From Acidobacteriota bacterium (lineage in GTDB: Bacteria; Acidobacteriota; UBA4820; DSQY01), in NCBI GenBank assembly GCA_021778515.1, contig JAJYCJ010000001.1:4396-68395 (forward strand): a stretch of 64,000 nucleotides of DNA, in the 5' to 3' direction. Below are positions 54,410-63,602 of this stretch, one piece after another. Under the pieces are notes generated by a model. It did no database searches. It saw nothing but the letters and a program-made list of their open reading frames with translations, and was not told where the DNA came from. Numbering within the stretch: position 1 is the first letter of the stretch; each line of letters opens with the position of its first letter. The translations under genes and the position numbers were made by a program.

Positions 54410-55690
54410 TCAATTCAGCCGCTTCTGCTCCCTGCGGAACTGGAACTCGCACTGGCCGGCCCTGATGGTCGACCCGGCCTTGAGCTCCTTGAGAGTGACG
54501 CGCTCGCCGTCCAGGAAGGTTCCGTTGGTGGACTGGAGGTCGGCGAGGTAGTAGGTGCCCTCCTTGGGGACGATCCGGAAGTGCTGTCCCGAGAGGGTCT
54601 GGTCGGCGATGCAGAGCGTGTTCACCTTGTCGCGTCCCACGGAGACCACCTGGTCAGGCGGGAGCTGGAAGACGCGCGGGGGATTTTTGCCGCGATGCAG
54701 AACCAGCACCGGGACCTCGTCCAGGACGAGGGTGTGCTCCAGGGCGTCCGAGCTGGGCCCCTTCTGGAGCAGGGCCGGATCGAGTTCGGGCACGGACTCG
54801 GCGGCCACGGCCTGCGTCGCCGCGCCCAGGTTGGTGATGGAGAGCTTCTTGGCCAGGCACACGGGACATTCGGCCTCCCAGAGATTGAGCGGGCGTCCGC
54901 ACTGCTCGCACGCCCGCGCCTCCTGGACCTTCGTCCGCTTCAACAGGACCACGACCCCGTAGGCCACGACGGCCAGCCCCGCGGCCAGCGCCAGGAAAAG
55001 GACCCACACCCATGCCCTGGAGGCCGGCGGCGGAGGAGGGGGGGGCTGGGGTTTGGCTTGAGGCGGCGCCGCCGGTTGGAGCTGCGGCGGAGCGGGCGGG
55101 CGCATGGGCGCCAGGGCGAGGCTGACCTTGGACCAATCGCTTGCGACGTCCCCGGGCGTCACGCCCGAGAAGGGGCCGGCGTATTCCCCCCCCGTGAGCG
55201 CGGCGATGCGCCTGAGCACCTTCAGGTCCTCCGCGCCCATCCCCACGGCAACCACGGCCACGTGCGCCCGAGCGGCGCGCGAGGCCGCATCCTCCAGGGT
55301 CACCGCCGAGTTTTCGTCCTTCCCGTCCGTGAAGAGGAGGACCACGCCCTCGCTGTTCTGCCCTTCCACGGCCTTGACCGCGGAAAAGAGGCAATCGTAG
55401 AGCAGGGTGTAGCGTCCCCCCTGTTCCAGCTTACCGATGGCCGATTTCAGGGCCTCGGGGTCGCGGGTGAAGGCCTGAACCTCCACGGGTGCGTCGTTGA
55501 ACCCGTAGATGGCCACGGGCCCCTTCTCGGCCAGCGTGGGGGCGAGTCCCTCCAGCATGGACTTGGCCGCCTCGAACTGCGAGGGCGGTATGGACCGGCT
55601 GGTGTCCACCAGCACGGCCGTGGGCGAAGCCGACAGGACGACCGGCGCGAGGAGCACCGTCAGGACGATGGCAGCGGCGAATCGGCGCAT
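54410..55690 (-). CDS. Transmembrane signalling protein: signal peptide-vWA domain-Pro-rich linker-TM-zinc ribbon-FHA domain
   Basis: Start at MRRFAAAIVLTVLLAPVVLSASP with RBS GGAGGAGG; vWA/MIDAS-like motif (VLVDTSRS...LLFTDGKDENS); PPPPPPP linker; TM WVWVLFLALAAGLAVVAYGVVVLL; CEQCGRPLN...CPVC; FHA (VSVGRD..NTLCIAD.TLSGQHFRIV...YYLADLQSTNGTFLDGERV). Confidence 0.75.
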   Translation of the reverse strand: MRRFAAAIVLTVLLAPVVLSASPTAVLVDTSRSIPPSQFEAAKSMLEGLAPTLAEKGPVAIYGFNDAPVEVQAFTRDPEALKSAIGKLEQGGRYTLLYDCLFSAVKAVEGQNSEGVVLLFTDGKDENSAVTLEDAASRAARAHVAVVAVGMGAEDLKVLRRIAALTGGEYAGPFSGVTPGDVASDWSKVSLALAPMRPPAPPQLQPAAPPQAKPQPPPPPPPASRAWVWVLFLALAAGLAVVAYGVVVLLKRTKVQEARACEQCGRPLNLWEAECPVCLAKKLSITNLGAATQAVAAESVPELDPALLQKGPSSDALEHTLVLDEVPVLVLHRGKNPPRVFQLPPDQVVSVGRDKVNTLCIADQTLSGQHFRIVPKEGTYYLADLQSTNGTFLDGERVTLKELKAGSTIRAGQCEFQFRREQKRLN

Positions 55691-55853
55691 GGCAGCCTCC
55701 TCCCCTTCGGAACACCCGGTTATTATAAGGACTGATGCGCCGGCGCCGCAATAGACGGGGCCGCCACGTTGCCCGGCCCATGTCGCTGTGGGAGAATCTC
55801 CCGAGGCGGCGTCAGCCACAGGGCCGCGGTGCATCCCGGAAAGGAGTCCATGC

Positions 55854-57299
55854 ATGCTGAATCTGGAACCCAAGAAGGTGTGGGAACACTTCGAGAAGCT
55901 CAGCGCCATTCCTCGTCCCTCCAAGCACGAGAAGGCCGCCGGCGATTACGTGGTTTCGGTGGCGAAGGCCCGCGGAATGGAGTGGGAGCGGGACGAGGTC
56001 GGCAACATCGTGATCCGGGTCCCCGCCACGAAGGGCCGCGAGAAGGCCGCCATCACGATCCTTCAGGGCCACCTCGACATGGTGTGCGAGAAGAACTCGG
56101 GCACCGTGCACGATTTCTTGAAGGATCCCATCCGCCTGCGAGTCGAGGGAAAGGTCGTCAAGGCCGATGGCACGACCCTCGGGGCCGATAACGGAATCGG
56201 CGTGGCCATGAGCCTGGCCCTCCTGGATGAGCCCCAATCGGTCCACGGCCCCCTGGAACTGCTCTTCACGATCGACGAGGAGACGGGCCTGAACGGCGCC
56301 AACAACCTCAAGCCGGGCTTCGTGAAGGGGCTGCGGATGTTGAACCTCGACACGGAGGAGGACGCCCAGCTCTACGTCGGCTGCGCCGGGGGCATCGACA
56401 CCCTCATGGACCTGCGGGTGGGGCGCCGGCGCCAGAAGAGCCGCCAGCCGGCCTTCAGGGTCTCTGTCACCGGTCTGCGCGGAGGCCATTCGGGCGGCGA
56501 CATCCACGAGGGCCGCGGCAACGCGAACCGGATCCTCGTCCGCCTCCTCCAGGAGATGGACCGCCTGTCCCTCGGCTACGAGCTGGTGGCCTTCCAGGGC
56601 GGCTCCAAGCGCAACGCCATACCCCGGGAGGCCTTCGCGCTCCTGCACCTGAAGAAGGCGGTCGTGGCGGAGGCCTTCGACTCAGTGAAAGCGTTCCAGG
56701 ACATGATCCGAGAGGAGCTCAGGGGGCTGGAGGACGGCGTGACGGTCACCCTGGAGGAGGCCCGAAGCGACATGGCTCCCCTCTCCCCCGGCAGCCAGAA
56801 GAAGACCGTGCGGCTTTTGGGAGCCGTGCCCCACGGCCTCATCGCCTACAGCCGTGAGATCCACGGCCTCGTGGAGACCTCCACCAATTTCGCCATCGTG
56901 ACCACGACCCAGGGCAAGGTCCAGGTGGCGACCTCCCAGCGCTCCAGCGTGGCCTCGCAGCTCGCCTGGGCGGCCCAGTGGGTGGCCAATGTGGGACTCC
57001 TGGCGGGTGCCCGGATCGTCCAGTCCGACGGCTATCCGGGATGGAAGCCCGACCTGGACTCCCCCATCCTGAAGGCCGCGCAGAAGACCTTCCTGCGGGT
57101 CACCGGCGAGGAGCCTCAGCCCAAGGCGATCCACGCCGGGCTTGAGTGCGGCATCATCGGCGCCAAGTACCCCGGCATGGATATGGTCTCCCTCGGACCG
57201 GAAATCCGCAACGCGCACTCGCCCGACGAGGAGGTCCACATCGACTCGGTCAAGAGGACCTATTCCGTCCTCCTGGAGCTGCTGAAGGACCTGGCCTAG
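55854..57299 (+). CDS. pepD: Aminoacyl-histidine dipeptidase (Xaa-His dipeptidase, M20C family)
   Basis: 481 aa; MLNLEPKKVWEHFEKLSAIPRPSKHEK typical PepD N-terminus; metal ligands in M20 motifs (GHLDMV, ADNGIG, TIDEETG); RBS AAGGAG. Confidence 0.85.
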   Translation: MLNLEPKKVWEHFEKLSAIPRPSKHEKAAGDYVVSVAKARGMEWERDEVGNIVIRVPATKGREKAAITILQGHLDMVCEKNSGTVHDFLKDPIRLRVEGKVVKADGTTLGADNGIGVAMSLALLDEPQSVHGPLELLFTIDEETGLNGANNLKPGFVKGLRMLNLDTEEDAQLYVGCAGGIDTLMDLRVGRRRQKSRQPAFRVSVTGLRGGHSGGDIHEGRGNANRILVRLLQEMDRLSLGYELVAFQGGSKRNAIPREAFALLHLKKAVVAEAFDSVKAFQDMIREELRGLEDGVTVTLEEARSDMAPLSPGSQKKTVRLLGAVPHGLIAYSREIHGLVETSTNFAIVTTTQGKVQVATSQRSSVASQLAWAAQWVANVGLLAGARIVQSDGYPGWKPDLDSPILKAAQKTFLRVTGEEPQPKAIHAGLECGIIGAKYPGMDMVSLGPEIRNAHSPDEEVHIDSVKRTYSVLLELLKDLA

Positions 57300-57444
57300 A
57301 GAGAACTTGGCTTGGGGATTTGGGGACTGGTGTATTGGGAAAGGTGGGAGTGGGAGGCGCCATGCGGCCTCCTGCTCTCCCCTACTCGAGAATCCCCATT
57401 CGAATCCCTGGCCCCATCAAGTAGAGTGGCCCCTCATACAACAC

Positions 57445-57490
57445 GGGCGGGGAGATCTCTTCAGCTCCCCGCCCCTTTCTCGCGTTTTCC
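57445..57490 (+). terminator. Rho-independent terminator downstream of pepD (may act bidirectionally for the convergent lipoprotein gene)
   Basis: Perfect 10-bp GC stem GGGCGGGGAG/CTCCCCGCCC with a 10-nt loop followed by CTTTCTCGCGTTTTCC. Confidence 0.6.
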
Positions 57491-57499
57491 TCTGGCTCC

Positions 57500-58315
57500 C
57501 TACTGCCGGATGTTGACCCAGTCCTTCTCGATCTTGTCGAAGAGCGCCCCCTCGTCCTTGCCCAGCCGTGGCAGCCAGTAGGCGTAGAAGAGCTGGAAGT
57601 CGGGGTTGCTCATCTTCTTCAGGAAGGTGACGAACTCCTCGTGGCCCCCCATCGGGTCCCCCTGCTTCCGTTTGATCTGGGCCATGTAGAACCAGGCGTC
57701 CCTCATGGTGTAGGGAGTGTCCCCAAGGAAATCGCTCCCCTTGTCGCACCTTGCGATGGCCGATTCGAAGGACTTCGCCGCCTCGGCGTAATTTCCCTGG
57801 TCGTAGAGGATCCGGCCCGTCAGGTAGTCGGCGATCTTGTCCCCGTCGATCCCCTTCTGGGTGCGGATCCAGCGGATCCAGGCCATGGCCGGCGGGTAGT
57901 CGCGCATCAGGCGGTACATGGTCACCTCGCCGATCACGTCCGCCAGCGGTCGGGCGGTTCGCGAGCGGGCGGCGTCGAAGTAACGCAAGGCCTCCTTGTA
58001 GTTGCCCTCGTCCCAGTAGGTCTGGGCGATGGCGGCCGGCGGTTCGTCGGATTCCGGGCGCAGGGCCCACGCCCGCAGCAGGTAGAAACGGCGGGCCTCG
58101 GGAAGGGTGGTCAGCTTGCTGGGGAGCGGCTCGCAGCAGAACATCCCCCGCTGCAGGATCTGGATGGACTTCTCGTCGGTCAGCCGTGTGGCGCAGTCCA
58201 TCTCCTTCTTGTAGTGCTCGGCCTTCGATTGGAAGGCTCCGCAGCAACCCCCGAGGGCGAGGAGCATGAGCGGCACAAGGATCCGAAAGGGTCTAGGCCT
58301 CACCTGAACCTCCAT
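57500..58315 (-). CDS. Hypothetical lipoprotein (about 270 aa), aromatic-rich
   Basis: Start chosen at MEVQVRPRPFRILVPLMLLALGGC (lipobox LALGGC); coordinates derived from ORF-table arithmetic; the 25 codons upstream in the ORF begin at a GTG. Confidence 0.55.
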   Translation of the reverse strand: MEVQVRPRPFRILVPLMLLALGGCCGAFQSKAEHYKKEMDCATRLTDEKSIQILQRGMFCCEPLPSKLTTLPEARRFYLLRAWALRPESDEPPAAIAQTYWDEGNYKEALRYFDAARSRTARPLADVIGEVTMYRLMRDYPPAMAWIRWIRTQKGIDGDKIADYLTGRILYDQGNYAEAAKSFESAIARCDKGSDFLGDTPYTMRDAWFYMAQIKRKQGDPMGGHEEFVTFLKKMSNPDFQLFYAYWLPRLGKDEGALFDKIEKDWVNIRQ

Positions 58316-58503
58316 GCAGCCATTGTAGGGACCCGACCCGTCCCCGGCAAGCGTCTTCACCTCGGCCGGCCTCCCGTGCGGCGACGGCACCTCGCCCCGC
58401 GCCCCGGCGGCCGTCGCCTGGCGCGGGACGTTGTGCTAGGATGACGGGCCGAACCCGAAAGCCGGACGGCTCGGGAGGGCATGCGCCCAGGGGGATCGTT
58501 TCA

Positions 58504-59601
58504 ATGGAACGCTATGACGTGGTCATTGTCGGGGCAGGATTCGCCGGGGCGGCCACGGCGTGGTGGCTCCGCCGGTTCGGCGTGGATAGCGTCCTCCTTC
58601 TCGAACAGGAGCAGGTCCCGGGCGCCCACGCCTCGGGAAAGAACGCGGGCATGGCCCGCCAGGCCGTCCCCGAACCCATCCAGTGCCTCCTGGCTGCCCG
58701 GAGCGTCTCCTTCTTCAAGGCGCCACCGGACGGCTTCACACAGACCCCCCTCTTCGCCGAGAACGGCGGCCTCTTCCTGGGTCCGGAACCGGACGATCCC
58801 AGGCTGGAGCAGCTCCGGCACAACGCCATGGCCTCAGGGGTCTTCACCTATTTCGGCGAGCGGCTGGAGGCCATCGAGAGGGCCCCCGTTCTCCAGGATG
58901 CGCCCTTTCATTCGGCTCTCATCTGCCCGACCGACGGCCTCGTGGACATCCACTCCCTGCTCTCGGCCTTTCTGCGGGGAAGCGCGTTGAGGACGGGCGT
59001 GCGGGTGCAAGGATTCGAGTCCTCGGGCGGAAGGCTTACGGCCGTGAAGACGGGCGCTGGCTCCATCCGGTGCGAGCACGTCGTCTTAGCGGCGGGTGCT
59101 TGGTCGCGCCAGCTCGGCGGCCTCGCCGGGGGGCTCCCCGTTCCCGTCACCCCCAGGCGGCGCCACCTCATCCACTCGGGCCCCATCCCATGGGCCGACC
59201 CCTTGTGGCCCTACGTCTGGTGCCTGAATCCCGAAGTCTACTTCCGGCCGGAGAGCGGCGGCTTTCTCCTCTCCCCCTGCGACGAGGCGGTCTTCCAGCC
59301 GGGATCGCCCCCAACCGATCCCGAGGCACCCCTCTGGCTCGCCTCCCGCCTCTCCGAGGCCGTTCCCCGCATGAGCTCCATCCCCGTGGCCCGGAGCTGG
59401 AGCGAGCTCCGCAGTTTCACGCCCGACGGCGAGTTCTGCATCGGTCCCGATCCGATGCGCCCCAACCTGTTCTGGGTCTGCGGCCTGGGCGGCCACGGCA
59501 TGACCACCTCGGCCGCCGTGGGCGAGCTGGCCGCCCAGCTCATCACGGGTTCCGATCCCTTCCTCGATCCGGTCCCCATGGCGCCGGGGCGATTCGCCTG
59601 A
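58504..59601 (+). CDS. FAD-dependent oxidoreductase (DAO/glycine oxidase-like family)
   Basis: Start at MERYDVVIVGAGFAGAATAW (GxGxxG dinucleotide motif); DAO-family C-terminal region (PDGEFCIGP...GLGGHGMT). Confidence 0.8.
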   Translation: MERYDVVIVGAGFAGAATAWWLRRFGVDSVLLLEQEQVPGAHASGKNAGMARQAVPEPIQCLLAARSVSFFKAPPDGFTQTPLFAENGGLFLGPEPDDPRLEQLRHNAMASGVFTYFGERLEAIERAPVLQDAPFHSALICPTDGLVDIHSLLSAFLRGSALRTGVRVQGFESSGGRLTAVKTGAGSIRCEHVVLAAGAWSRQLGGLAGGLPVPVTPRRRHLIHSGPIPWADPLWPYVWCLNPEVYFRPESGGFLLSPCDEAVFQPGSPPTDPEAPLWLASRLSEAVPRMSSIPVARSWSELRSFTPDGEFCIGPDPMRPNLFWVCGLGGHGMTTSAAVGELAAQLITGSDPFLDPVPMAPGRFA

Positions 59602-59625
59602 TCGGCGGGGGGAAGCGGTCGGGGG

Positions 59626-60168
59626 CTAGGGCTCTTCCCGAACGGGCGGTTGTTTCTGCGTCTGCTGGAGAAGGATGAGGCAGGATGGGGCTCCGCGTCC
59701 CATGGCCTCGCGGACTTCGGTGCTCCAGATGGTGCCCGGCAGGATGACCTCCAGCCACGAGGCCCAGACCTGCTGGCAGGCGACGCACGGCGTGTCGGGG
59801 CGCAGACCCGCCTTCGCCGCTCCCTCCTGGGGGAAGCATCGGGTGACGCGGACCTCCAGGCCCCACTCTCGAACGATCCACTGGGCCGCCATCCCCTCGT
59901 CGAGGAAAATGCGGTTGTAGCCGTCGAGGAGTTGGACGGCCTCCTCCACCGACGCCGCCGGAGGGCGGTCGAGGGCCTTCAGGTACTCCCGAATCTCGAT
60001 CCTCCCGAAGCTCGCCCTGACCCTCGCGTTGAGCTCCACGGCCTTGGGCAGCCCGCACGCCTGTGCGACCTTCAGGAACCATTGGCCGTCCCAGGCCAGC
60101 ATGAGCCGCCCCAGAAGGCGTCGCGCCTCTTCCTCGGAGAGCTGGATTTCGGGCCTGCGTTCTTTCAT
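59626..60168 (-). CDS. Hypothetical protein (180 aa)
   Basis: Protein-like composition (MKERRPEIQLSEEEARRLLGRLMLAWDGQWFLKVAQ...), CVAC pair; convergent with the FAD oxidoreductase; no family recognised. Confidence 0.55.
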   Translation of the reverse strand: MKERRPEIQLSEEEARRLLGRLMLAWDGQWFLKVAQACGLPKAVELNARVRASFGRIEIREYLKALDRPPAASVEEAVQLLDGYNRIFLDEGMAAQWIVREWGLEVRVTRCFPQEGAAKAGLRPDTPCVACQQVWASWLEVILPGTIWSTEVREAMGRGAPSCLILLQQTQKQPPVREEP

Positions 60169-60459
60169 GGTCCTCTCCCGCCGGGCATTTTACAGCGCTC
60201 GGGTGCCCGCGTGAAGCGCAGAAGGAGGGCGGAGCCAACCCTGCAGCGGACCTTCGCAGGTGTGTCCCCCATGGCTGAGAGCCTCGGGAGAGGGCCGCGC
60301 AGGCCAGAAGCCGTGCCTCAGAAGGTTTCCGCCCGGCCATGATTCCGATCCCGCGTTGACAGGGGATCGCCGCTGTGGCAAGGTCGGAGCAGAATTCTTC
60401 GCCGGTGCTGCCACGCGGCTTGGCGTGGCCCGCGAGGGAGGCTGCGGGAAGGGGAGAGG

Positions 60460-61833
60460 ATGGACGATTCGGGGGTTCTGCTATTTCGCTGTACCTCGTG
60501 TGGAAGGGAATACCAGCTGGCCCTGGCCAAGGTGCCTCCCGGCGGGGCCTCCGGCCCATGCAAGACCTGCGGACAGATCATCGGGGTCCATCCCGACGGC
60601 TCCCTCGCGGGGGCACGGCGGATCTCCACGCCGGCCGCCCCTGAACAGCACGCCGGCGCAGGCCCGCCAACCGCCCGGCCGGCGGTCGATCCCGGGGCGG
60701 CCCCCTGCCCCCCGGCCTGGGAGATCCAGACCGAAGGTCAGAGCCTGGGACCTTTCGGGCCCGACGAGATGCGCGAGCTGATCGCCTCCGGGCGGCTCTC
60801 CAAGGAGCGCTTGGTCCGTTCGCCGGGGGGGGAGTGGGCCCCCGCCGGCTCCCTGCCTGCCCTGGCGGGGTTCTTTCCCGCCGAGGCGCCGCTGCAGCCC
60901 GAGGCGGACGAGGGGCCCATCGGGAGCGAGGGGGGTTGTTATGCCCATCCCTCGGCCCCGCCTGCCTTTCAATGCTCGCAGTGCATGCGCTACCTGTGTG
61001 AATCTTGCGTGGTTCAGAAGGCCCTGACCAATGTGAACCAACCGGTCAAGGTCTGCAGAGCCTGCGGGGGGACGGTCACGGCCCTTCTGCGGAAACCCCG
61101 ATGGACTCCGTTCTACAGGGACATGCCCAGGGTCCTCACGGCCCCGCTGCGAGGCACCGACGGGCTTCTGGCGCTCGGTGTGATGGCCCTGCTCCAGGTG
61201 CTCAAGATCCCCTGCCGTATGGCGGGCATGGCCGGCCTGGCTGGGGTCCTCATCCTCACCGTCTTTCAAACGGCCTTTTACCTTCACCTGATCCGGGAGG
61301 TGGCGAACGGTTCCTACGACTTCCCGGAGTGGCCGGAGATGAGCCAGTTCCTGGACATGTTTTTCTCGTTCCTGAAGGTCCTCTTCGTGACCATCTACTC
61401 CCTGGTGCCAGCCTTCTGCCTCGTCCTGGTGCCCGGAGCCAGCGCCATGAATCTCCTGCTGGGGCCGCGGGGTATGGGACACGGGGCCGTGGCGGCTCCC
61501 GCCCTTGTCCTCGCCGGCGTCGTGATGCTCTGCTACGCCTTCTACCTGCCCATCTGCATCGCCATCGTGGCCGTCTTCGAGACGGTCCTGCCCGCCCTCA
61601 ATCCCGTCCTGATTGTCAGAATTATCGCCAGGATCGGGATGCCCTACCTGGCCGCCGTGGCCCTTTTCATCTCCCTCATGGTGATCGCCCGGGGCGTCAT
61701 AGCGGCGCTGGGACACCTCCCCATGGCCGGAGCGGTGAGCGAGGCCGTCCTCACGGTCTACGGAGAGCTCGTGAGCGCCTACATCCTGGGCAGGGTCATC
61801 TACGAAAACGAGGAGAGCATCGCCTGGCGGTGA
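60460..61833 (+). CDS. Multi-domain membrane protein: N-terminal zinc ribbon, GYF-like (DUF4339) domain, B-box-like Cys cluster, about 7-TM C-terminal domain
   Basis: CTSCGREYQ...CKTCGQ; GYF-like WEIQTEGQSLGPFGPDEMRELIASGRLSKERLVRSPGGEWAP; CSQCMRYLCESC...CRACGG; then hydrophobic helices to the C-terminus. Confidence 0.7.
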   Translation: MDDSGVLLFRCTSCGREYQLALAKVPPGGASGPCKTCGQIIGVHPDGSLAGARRISTPAAPEQHAGAGPPTARPAVDPGAAPCPPAWEIQTEGQSLGPFGPDEMRELIASGRLSKERLVRSPGGEWAPAGSLPALAGFFPAEAPLQPEADEGPIGSEGGCYAHPSAPPAFQCSQCMRYLCESCVVQKALTNVNQPVKVCRACGGTVTALLRKPRWTPFYRDMPRVLTAPLRGTDGLLALGVMALLQVLKIPCRMAGMAGLAGVLILTVFQTAFYLHLIREVANGSYDFPEWPEMSQFLDMFFSFLKVLFVTIYSLVPAFCLVLVPGASAMNLLLGPRGMGHGAVAAPALVLAGVVMLCYAFYLPICIAIVAVFETVLPALNPVLIVRIIARIGMPYLAAVALFISLMVIARGVIAALGHLPMAGAVSEAVLTVYGELVSAYILGRVIYENEESIAWR

Positions 61834-61921
61834 GCCCATCGTTCGCCCGCGGGACCCGGCGGACTGGACCTCGTCGGGCCGCCGTCCGCCATCATCCAAC
61901 AGGCGTCCGTGCGGCCCGCCC

Positions 61922-63340
61922 TCACACGTCGAAGTAGAGCGCCACCTCGTACGGGTGGGGCCTGTTTCTGACGCCGTAGTACTCCTCGTATTTGACCTTG
62001 ATCCACTCGGCGATCTGCCCCTCGTCGAAGACGCCGCCGGCCAGGAGGAAATCGTGGTCCCGCTCGAGGGCGTCGAGGGCCTCCCGCAGAGTCGAGGGCA
62101 GGGGCTTGACGGAGGCCCTGCGCTTCTCGTCCCAGGCGAAGATGTTCTCGTCGAAGGGGCCGAAGCCCAGGGCGCCGGGATCCAGCTTTCGGCGGATCCC
62201 GTCGAGGCCGGCCATGAGCTGCGCCGCGAGGGCCAGGTAGACGTTGCACGTGGCATCCGGCGGGCGGAACTCGAACCGCACGGTCTCGGGCTGGTCCGCG
62301 TACTTGGGGACCCTGATCGCCGCGCTGCGGTTGCCCAGCGAGAAGAACGTGTTCACGGGCGCCTCGAAGCCCGGCACCAGCCGGCGGTAGGAGTTGGAGG
62401 AGGGGTTGGTGAGAGCCAGGACGGCCGGCCCGTGCAGCAAGAGCCCGGCGATGTAAGAGAGCGCCGTACCGCTGAGGTGGCCGTAACCGTCGGGGTCGTA
62501 GAAGAGGTTCCGGTCCCCGTCGAAGAGGTGCTGGTGGAAGTGCATCCCGCTGCCCGCCTCGCCATAGAGCGGCTTGGGCATGAAGGTGGCGGTCTGATTT
62601 CGCGCGTGGGCCACCATCTTGGTCACGTACTTCACCATCTGCGTGACGTCCCCGCTGCGCACCAGGCCCATCATCGGGGTCTCGATCTCGCACTGCCCGG
62701 GACCGCCCACCTCGTGGTGGTGGTACTTGATGGGGATGCCCATCTCCTCCAGCACCACCGACATTTCGCTCCTGAGGTTGAAGAGCTGGTCCTTGGGCGG
62801 AATGACATGGTAGCCGCCGTGCAGCGGGATGAGGTGGCCGTGCCCCCCCTTGGCGCTCTGCCAATCGGCCTCCCGGCTGTCCAGCCTGTAGGAGGCCTCG
62901 TTCACTCCGTTCTGGAAGGCGACGCTGTCGAACACGTAGAACTCGAACTCCGGGCCCCACAGGCTCCGCTCTCCCGCCCCGAACTCGCGGAGGGTCTCCT
63001 CGGCTCTCAGCGCTATGTTTCGGGGATCGCGCATGAAGGGCTGTTTGCTGTCCGCCTCGAAGGCCGAGCAGATGAAGCTCAGCGTGGGGAAGTCCCAGAA
63101 GGGATCGCGGAAGGCGGTGGCGAGATCGGGGATCAGGACCATGTCGCCGGACTTGACCGACTTGAGCCCCACGGAGGAGCCGTCGAAGCCGACGCCGTCC
63201 CTCATGAGGCGCTCGTCGAACTGGCTGGCGGGCACCGTGACGTGGTGCCAGCGGCCCGCCAGGTCGGTGAACTTCAGGTCCACCATCCTGTAGCCCTTTT
63301 CCCGGATGTGGCTCTTCGCTTCTTCGATTCCACCGAGCAT
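61922..63340 (-). CDS. glnA: Glutamine synthetase, type I
   Basis: 472 aa from MLGGIEEAKSHIREKGYRMVDLKFTDLAGRWHH; GS motifs (KPLYGEAGSGMHFHQ, NPSSNSYRRL, SLGNRSAAIRVP); RBS AGGAGG 5 nt upstream. Confidence 0.9.
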   Translation of the reverse strand: MLGGIEEAKSHIREKGYRMVDLKFTDLAGRWHHVTVPASQFDERLMRDGVGFDGSSVGLKSVKSGDMVLIPDLATAFRDPFWDFPTLSFICSAFEADSKQPFMRDPRNIALRAEETLREFGAGERSLWGPEFEFYVFDSVAFQNGVNEASYRLDSREADWQSAKGGHGHLIPLHGGYHVIPPKDQLFNLRSEMSVVLEEMGIPIKYHHHEVGGPGQCEIETPMMGLVRSGDVTQMVKYVTKMVAHARNQTATFMPKPLYGEAGSGMHFHQHLFDGDRNLFYDPDGYGHLSGTALSYIAGLLLHGPAVLALTNPSSNSYRRLVPGFEAPVNTFFSLGNRSAAIRVPKYADQPETVRFEFRPPDATCNVYLALAAQLMAGLDGIRRKLDPGALGFGPFDENIFAWDEKRRASVKPLPSTLREALDALERDHDFLLAGGVFDEGQIAEWIKVKYEEYYGVRNRPHPYEVALYFDV

Positions 63341-63602
63341 GCCGCCCTCCTCATGAAGTGATGGCCGAGCGAATCGCAGCGTGAGCCCCGCCTGCAATCC
63401 CTCGTTGCGAACACCCGCGGCCCCATGAATCTCTGCCCTCGCACCATCCCGACCCGAAAAACCTCATCCGCCAATGTTTTCGGCCTCCACGCCACCCTGG
63501 AGAATTCATGCCATCTCCGCGGGCCCCGCACACCGAGCCACAAGGGGAAAAAGAAGGGGCCCTCGCGGGCCCCTCTCGTGTGTCAGGATCGCTGGGCTGG
63601 GC

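Noticed and set aside
57395-57410. TTCGAATCC T-loop-like motif, which raised the possibility of a tRNA
   Set aside because: The flanking sequence (cccca / ccctgg) cannot form a T-stem or acceptor stem. No cloverleaf is possible.
58300-58330. Apparent one-base inconsistency between my hand translation and the ORF-table protein for the lipoprotein around the MEVQ start
   Set aside because: This is most likely my own mis-indexing of the printed lines. Coordinates for that gene are taken from ORF-table arithmetic (start 58315) rather than from manual reading.
63380-63415. Possible sigma-54 promoter for glnA
   Set aside because: The reverse complement gives TCGCAAC-N5-ATTGCA. The critical GG of the -24 element is CG, and there are only 4 of 7 matches to TGGCACG.
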